This document shows positions 8,662 through 13,236 of a stretch of 13,236 nucleotides of DNA, piece after piece. The position numbers and the translations under genes are program-made. Each line of letters opens with the position of its first letter. Position 1 is the first letter of the stretch. This DNA is from Verrucomicrobiales bacterium. GTDB taxonomy: Bacteria; Verrucomicrobiota; Verrucomicrobiia; Verrucomicrobiales; V1-33. Under the pieces are notes generated by a model. The model was given only the letters and a program-made list of their open reading frames with translations. It had not been told where the DNA came from and ran no database searches. Location of the stretch: the NCBI GenBank assembly GCA_031411295.1, contig JANOAV010000070.1, positions 1 to 13,236 of the forward strand, given 5' to 3'.

Positions 8662-9642
8662 TCACGGAGCCGTCCAGTTCTGCACCGGGCCGGCCAGGCT
8701 GGAGCCGGTGCCGTTTACGCCGACGAGCCAGATTTGATACAGCCCGCCGCTGACCCAGGTGATGGTGGCGGGGATGATGACGGAGGTCTCCCCGAAGCCT
8801 CCGGTGTGGAGTTGCTCCGGCATGCCGCCGGGGGCGATGCGCCAGGCCGTGAGCCGGGTGGCCCGGGCGGGCAGGACGGTGGTGGCAAGGGTGCGCGTTC
8901 CCGGCGTCCACAGGGTGTCCGCAGGCGCGTCGGGCGCGTCTTGAGCGGGGCGACGGAGGATGTTGATATCGAAAATGGTATCCACCAGCTCCGGGGTGTC
9001 GCCCCAGAACTGCATGGCGCAGGCCACCAATTTATAGAGCAGGATGGCGCACGCCACCCGCGTGGTTTCCACCGTGAGACGGGTGGTTGCCACGGCGGAT
9101 TTTGCCTCCGTCTGCAGCGTGCGCAAGGCGCGGGCCGCGGTGGCAAATGTCCCCACCGTGGCCGCCAGCGTCACCAGCGCGGGCACCGTGGTTTGCTCCG
9201 CCAGGCGGGAGGACAGGCCATCCAGCGCATCCAATCGTTCCTCCAGCGTGCCGCCCGTGACCGTTTCCCGACCCTGGGGCAGCAGATACGTGTAGGTGGG
9301 GCCGCTATTGCCGACTTTGATTTCAATGGTGCCGACCCATTTAGTCAGCGGGCTGGGCAGATTCCCGGTTGGGTTGCGGGTCAGGCTGGCCAGTTGCTCC
9401 TCAAACGCCAGCGTCCGGGACGGCTGGGCCGCCACCGCATTCTGATAGGCCATCCACACCCCATCCCAGGCTCCGATCCGCATCAGCAGGGCGGAAATGG
9501 GACCAGAGAACTCCGGGATTCCCGCTGTCACCAACGGCGCGCGATCCTTCGTGTCCGCCAGGAGTTCGTCCATGCGCGGGTAATCCTCAAACGTTCCGCT
9601 GAGGAATTGATTCTGGGCGTATTTGGATGGTTCTGTAGGCAT
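8662..9642 (-). CDS. Hypothetical protein: helical N-terminal region + C-terminal FN3/Ig-like domain
   Basis: 326-aa ORF with strong GC3 bias; C-terminus YQIWLVGVNGTGSS..G resembles the last FN3 strands. Confidence 0.8.
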   Translation of the reverse strand: MPTEPSKYAQNQFLSGTFEDYPRMDELLADTKDRAPLVTAGIPEFSGPISALLMRIGAWDGVWMAYQNAVAAQPSRTLAFEEQLASLTRNPTGNLPSPLTKWVGTIEIKVGNSGPTYTYLLPQGRETVTGGTLEERLDALDGLSSRLAEQTTVPALVTLAATVGTFATAARALRTLQTEAKSAVATTRLTVETTRVACAILLYKLVACAMQFWGDTPELVDTIFDINILRRPAQDAPDAPADTLWTPGTRTLATTVLPARATRLTAWRIAPGGMPEQLHTGGFGETSVIIPATITWVSGGLYQIWLVGVNGTGSSLAGPVQNWTAP

Positions 9643-9708
9643 GGGATCAGTGGTGTTGTTTGGTTTGGATGAAGAAAAACTAATTTATTAAAATTGGGAG
9701 ACCCTCCA

Positions 9709-10065
9709 GACGTCCCCAAAACGTTCCGGGGAGGATCTTGTAGCTCGCGGAAGCGTCCCGGAATCTTCCGGGAAGGATCTGGTAGCTCGCGGAAGCGTCC
9801 CGGAACCTTCCGGGAAGCATCTTGTAGCTCGCGGAAGCGTCCCGGAACCCTCCGGGGAGCATCTTGTAGCTCGCGGAAGCGTCCCGGAACCTTCCGGGGA
9901 GCAACTTGTAGCTCTCGGAAGCGTCCCGGAGCATCCCGGGGAGCATCTTGCAGCTCGCGGAAGCGTCCCGGAGCTTTCCGGGGACCATTTGGTAGCTCGC
10001 GGAAGCGTCCCGAAGCATCCGACCGAGCCTCTTGTAGCTCGCGGAACCTCTCCCGAACCTTCCGG
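9709..10065. repeat. Tandem array of 8 x 42-bp units with internal hairpins
   Basis: Core consensus GTAGCTCGCGGAAGCGTCCCG starts at 9740, 9782, 9824, 9866, 9908, 9950, 9992 and 10034. Confidence 0.95.
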
Positions 10066-10360
10066 CCCCAAAAGGTTCCTCTGCTGCTGACTCCTCCGAG
10101 CACCCTCTGCCTCCCTCAGTCCACCCGACACCCCCACCCCCAACCCCCCGTTCCCGAAGGCGGATCCAAAAACCGTCGCGAAAACTCGGAATTAGACGCA
10201 TAAATCCGGATTTAATAAATTCCCAGCCGCCTGCCAAGAAAAATCGCCAACAAATTTAAGAAATCATAAAAAAGCGGGCAAATTTAGCTGGCACGGGAGC
10301 AGGAATCACCTGTGAACGACTGAATCTGTGCTTCACTCCCGTGGTGGTTCCTTTCCCCCT

Positions 10361-10539
10361 GTCATCCTCCGCCAGAATCCACGCGCATCCGAGCGAGAAT
10401 CGACAATAACGTTGACGAACACGCGCCTGTGCGGCTAAATCCCACCTAAATTCCGCCCCTCCCGGGAAAAACCCACAAATCCGCCGCCCATAAAGCACCT
10501 CAGAAACCAACACTTCTGTCGCTAAACCACTAGTTCAGC
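10361..10539 (+). repeat. Non-coding module A, copy 3 (diverged; ends GCTAAACCACTA-GTTCAGC)
   Basis: Shares GAATCCACGCGCAT, GTTGAC, TGCGGCTAAATCCCACC and ACTTCTGTCG with the other copies. Confidence 0.8.
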
Positions 10540-10557
10540 CCAACCTCGCAGCGTCTC

Positions 10558-11136
10558 ATGTCACTCCGAATTTGCAGATCCATACGGGACTCCTTTGGGC
10601 TCTCCGAGCAAAAGCAAACCGACAACCTCCTTCGATTGCTTAACATTGAGCTTCGGAGTCGGGGGGGCCCCGCATTCACAGATGGTCCCCTTGAAGAGCG
10701 TGGCTTGAGGAAGCTGCCCTGCGGCAGCGCAGGAGCGGTCACCTTTCGTGCACTGAACGAATTGGCTTCGGCCTCCAATCTCGCTTGGAGCCTTGGCAGA
10801 CACAGGACTGAGCGGTGGATCGCATTGCCACTCTGTTTCGAGGAACCTTTCTCCATAAAGCATGGCCGCTTATTCTTTTTCATCCCAATTTACCAAGAGT
10901 TCTTCAGCCTTCCCACCATTCTTTCTGAGATCACTGCACTCGCCCAGCCCCTCTTCATTCCACTTCAGAATGGATTGCTGTCGGACGACCACGCCGCAAG
11001 GATTGATGACTGCCAGCCGCTGTGCGACTCAGAGCCCAAGGGGTTCAAGGAAGACGAGCGTTTTTTGTGGCTTGATCTCTATCGGGCTGCTACGTATTGC
11101 ATAGAGGATTCGACCCCCCTGGTTGTGGTTGAGTAA
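10558..11136 (+). CDS. Hypothetical cassette-like protein (192 aa)
   Basis: ATG 18 nt after GTTCAGC; no R'' found downstream. Confidence 0.7.
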   Translation: MSLRICRSIRDSFGLSEQKQTDNLLRLLNIELRSRGGPAFTDGPLEERGLRKLPCGSAGAVTFRALNELASASNLAWSLGRHRTERWIALPLCFEEPFSIKHGRLFFFIPIYQEFFSLPTILSEITALAQPLFIPLQNGLLSDDHAARIDDCQPLCDSEPKGFKEDERFLWLDLYRAATYCIEDSTPLVVVE

Positions 11137-11391
11137 ATTGCCAGTCCCTTCACCCACAAGAAAATAGAGTAAGTTGACTGTCACTTTATGGGAATCCACG
11201 CCCATCCCGCAAGGTCTCAACATTTGTGTTGCCTATCACTCCCCATCCGAGAAAAGGGGTCAGGAGCGGATTTTTTGAGGAGGCGGATCCGGCTGGTGTG
11301 ACCCGGCTTGTAAACGCGTTCCCTAATCTTAGTCCCAACGCCGGTTTCACTCCCTCCCTGCCGCCCCTCGCGCCTGCCATTTTTTTCCGTT

Positions 11392-11584
11392 GTCATAATC
11401 CGCAGGAATCCACGCGCATTTGAGCGTAAACCTGCAAATACGTTGACTATCACGCGCATCTGCGGCTAAATCCCACCAAACTTCCACTATGAAATCACTC
11501 CCCCGCGCCAAAACCGACAACTCTGTCGCCTATAAAGCAGCTCGGCAACAATCGACACTTCTGTCGGTGATCAACTAGTTAGGC
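11392..11584 (+). repeat. Non-coding module A, copy 4 (ends GATCAACTA-GTTAGGC)
   Basis: Two CGACA-N4-TGTCG boxes at 11515-11528 and 11553-11566. Confidence 0.88.
11443..11472 (+). promoter_or_regulatory. Candidate Pc-like promoter in module A
   Basis: TTGACT-18 nt-TAAATC; TTGAC and TAAATC are conserved in all five A copies and point toward the cassette. The -10 is weak. Confidence 0.35.
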
Positions 11585-11592
11585 CAACCCCC

Positions 11593-12060
11593 ATGAGCAC
11601 GCTCGGCGACACGTTCACTTCGGAGCTTCACGCGACTCATCTGAAGCCACGCGGCTTCAAGAAGACTCGCCACACGTTCTCCCGCTCTCACGAGGGCTAC
11701 ACCGAGCATTACCAGATTCAGGGCAGCGCATGGAACGACAGCGATGGACCGTGGACGTTCTATCTCAACTGCGGCATTAGCTTCGAAAGTCTTCCTCCAC
11801 GAAGTCCCAACCGGGACTTTCCGCGCACACACGCTTGGATGCGTGCTCAGGTTTTCACCACCGCCCCGATACCGGAGTCCATTTCGGCCGAGATGGTTGC
11901 CAGCGACGCCGCCCAAGTCGCGGAGGCCATTCGTCAGTGCTCCGATTACTTTCAGCGCCGGCATTTGTTTCTCCGCGATTGCTACGAGCATCGACGCTAT
12001 CACATGGGTTTCCTAGCCGACCCAGAACTCCGAACGTATGACAAACCACAACCGGCCTAA
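11593..12060 (+). CDS. DUF4304-like protein, cassette-borne
   Basis: LKPRGFKK..TF.R...QIQGS.WN....FYLNCGI; the stop codon lies within R'' GCCTAAC (12055-12061), the complement of GTTAGGC. Confidence 0.78.
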   Translation: MSTLGDTFTSELHATHLKPRGFKKTRHTFSRSHEGYTEHYQIQGSAWNDSDGPWTFYLNCGISFESLPPRSPNRDFPRTHAWMRAQVFTTAPIPESISAEMVASDAAQVAEAIRQCSDYFQRRHLFLRDCYEHRRYHMGFLADPELRTYDKPQPA

Positions 12061-12061
12061 C

Positions 12062-12324
12062 CTTCAAAGATAGCTTTGAGCGGCTTTGCGCCTCAAAGCT
12101 ATTAGTTGTTGGACAGGCCCGGTGATTTACTCAGCGCTTTCGGCCTCGGGACCTGATCGGTGGGTCTATGCGGTTTGCTTTGCGGGTCGGGCGATGGCTG
12201 GTCTCAGGAACATAGCTCTGCGGTCCTCTGCGTTCTCTGCGGTAATTCTGAATGCTGCGGGATGGGAGCTTTACCGCAGAGGGCGCAAAGATTCGCAGAG
12301 GTTGCTTGAGGCTAGTAAGGCGGG
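12062..12324. repeat. Non-coding module C, copy 1, fused directly after R''
   Basis: Homologous to 12969-13236; 11-bp hairpin at 12070-12102; REP-like IR at 12216-12300. Confidence 0.85.
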
Positions 12325-12475
12325 GCGGGATTGACGCAACTCTCGGAGTGGAGGCTGGTCGAGCCAGCAACCACGGCCATAGTTGCACAAGCCCAGGGGA
12401 TTCAGTCGAGGGAAGCCCCTCAGGAGATCCCCCGCCCGACAGTGGCCTCACCCGCAGTTCCCCAAAAACCCCGTT

Positions 12476-12630
12476 GCCATCATCCGCAGGAATCCACGCG
12501 CCTCCGAACGGAAATCGACATTAACGTTGACTATCACGCGCATCTGCGGCTAAATCCCACCAAACTTCCACTATGAAATCACTCCCCCGCGCCAAAACCG
12601 ACAACTCTGTCGGTGATCAACTAGTTAGGC
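12476..12630 (+). repeat. Non-coding module A, copy 5 (38-bp internal deletion; ends GTTAGGC)
   Basis: Very similar to A4 but has only one CGACA-N4-TGTCG box (12599-12612). Confidence 0.88.
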
Positions 12631-12647
12631 TGCTTGCGCGCATCACA

Positions 12648-12980
12648 ATGAAACGCCACATCATGCTTGCCCTACTCAGAGTTCTTCTGGCAGTTGGTGT
12701 TGTTTATGCGCTGCCACTCTCTCACGCGCAGTGGGGAGAGACTTACCCAGGCGACGGTCAGCAGGGTTTTGGTTTCATCATCATCTTCATGATCGTTGGC
12801 CTTGTAGCTGCGGCGTTGTTCGTTGGCTTGGGTTCACTCGGACAGTTTTTGCTTCGCAGGCGGCCAGCGCGTCTCACAGTTTTCACGGACTTGGCTTTGT
12901 TTCTTTTGTTTGCAGGAGTTCTCGTTTACGGAGGAGTCACAGCGAGATACAGTGATTCGCAGCCTAACCTTCAAAGATAG
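12648..12980 (+). CDS. Small membrane protein (about 3 hydrophobic segments), cassette-borne
   Basis: Bracketed by GTTAGGCTGC and GCAGCCTAAC; the stop codon is supplied by element C2. Confidence 0.75.
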   Translation: MKRHIMLALLRVLLAVGVVYALPLSHAQWGETYPGDGQQGFGFIIIFMIVGLVAAALFVGLGSLGQFLLRRRPARLTVFTDLALFLLFAGVLVYGGVTARYSDSQPNLQR

Positions 12981-13236
12981 CTTTGAGCGGCTTTGCGCCT
13001 CAACACTATTAGTTGTGGGACAAGCCCGGTGATTTACTCAGCGCTTACGGCTTCGGAGGCTGATCGGCGGGCCGATGCGGTTTGCTTTGCGAGTTGGGCG
13101 ATGGCTGGCCTCAGGAACAATTTTAGCTCTGCGGTCCTCTGCGTTCTCCGCGGTAATTCTGAATGCTGCGGGATGGGAGTTTTACCGCAGAGGGCGCAGA
13201 GATTCGCAGAGATTGCTCGAGGCTAGTAAGGCGGGC
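12969..13236. repeat. Non-coding module C, copy 2 (runs to the window edge)
   Basis: Direct repeat of C1, starting right after GCCTAAC (12962-12968). Confidence 0.85.

Noticed and set aside
8650..9672. 340-aa plus-strand ORF
   Set aside because: It is the antisense shadow of the GC3-biased 8662-9642 gene.
9709..10065. CRISPR array
   Set aside because: The inter-core segments are only about 19 bp and are variants of each other rather than unique spacers; no cas genes are present.
9528..10237. Repeat-protein ORFs (four overlapping frames)
   Set aside because: Open frames are expected from a stop-poor 42-bp repeat, and none is distinguishable as the real CDS.
12062..12324. Group IIC-attC intron inserted at R''
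   Set aside because: The insertion position is reminiscent, but there is no RT ORF, no recognisable domain V and no AY 3' end.
1..13236. Integron integrase or transposase gene
   Set aside because: No ORF has tyrosine-recombinase (R-H-R-Y), DDE or HUH motifs.

Overview
The window starts with a housekeeping zwf gene (glucose-6-phosphate 1-dehydrogenase). About 11 kb of accessory DNA follows; the source is probably Verrucomicrobiota or a related PVC lineage (inferred). Most of this DNA is integron-type gene cassettes, and there is no integrase in the window. Three intact attC sites (5812-5900, 6470-6574, 6953-7048) link a short conventional array. The other cassettes are joined, exactly at GTTRRRY or RYYYAAC core sites, to three families of repeated non-coding modules of about 150-270 bp: A (5 copies, both orientations), B (2 copies) and C (2 copies plus a possible relic). 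Families A and B share a CGACA-N4-TGTCG palindrome and resemble duplicated attI/promoter platforms. Cassette cargo includes SMI1/KNR4-like, HEPN (RNxxH), DUF2314-like and DUF4304-like proteins. A central minus-strand block without cassette boundaries encodes an Imm12-like/ankyrin fusion and a helical + FN3-like protein, preceded by 8 tandem 42-bp repeats, most carrying a hairpin. Domain calls come from motif recognition by eye, not database searches.
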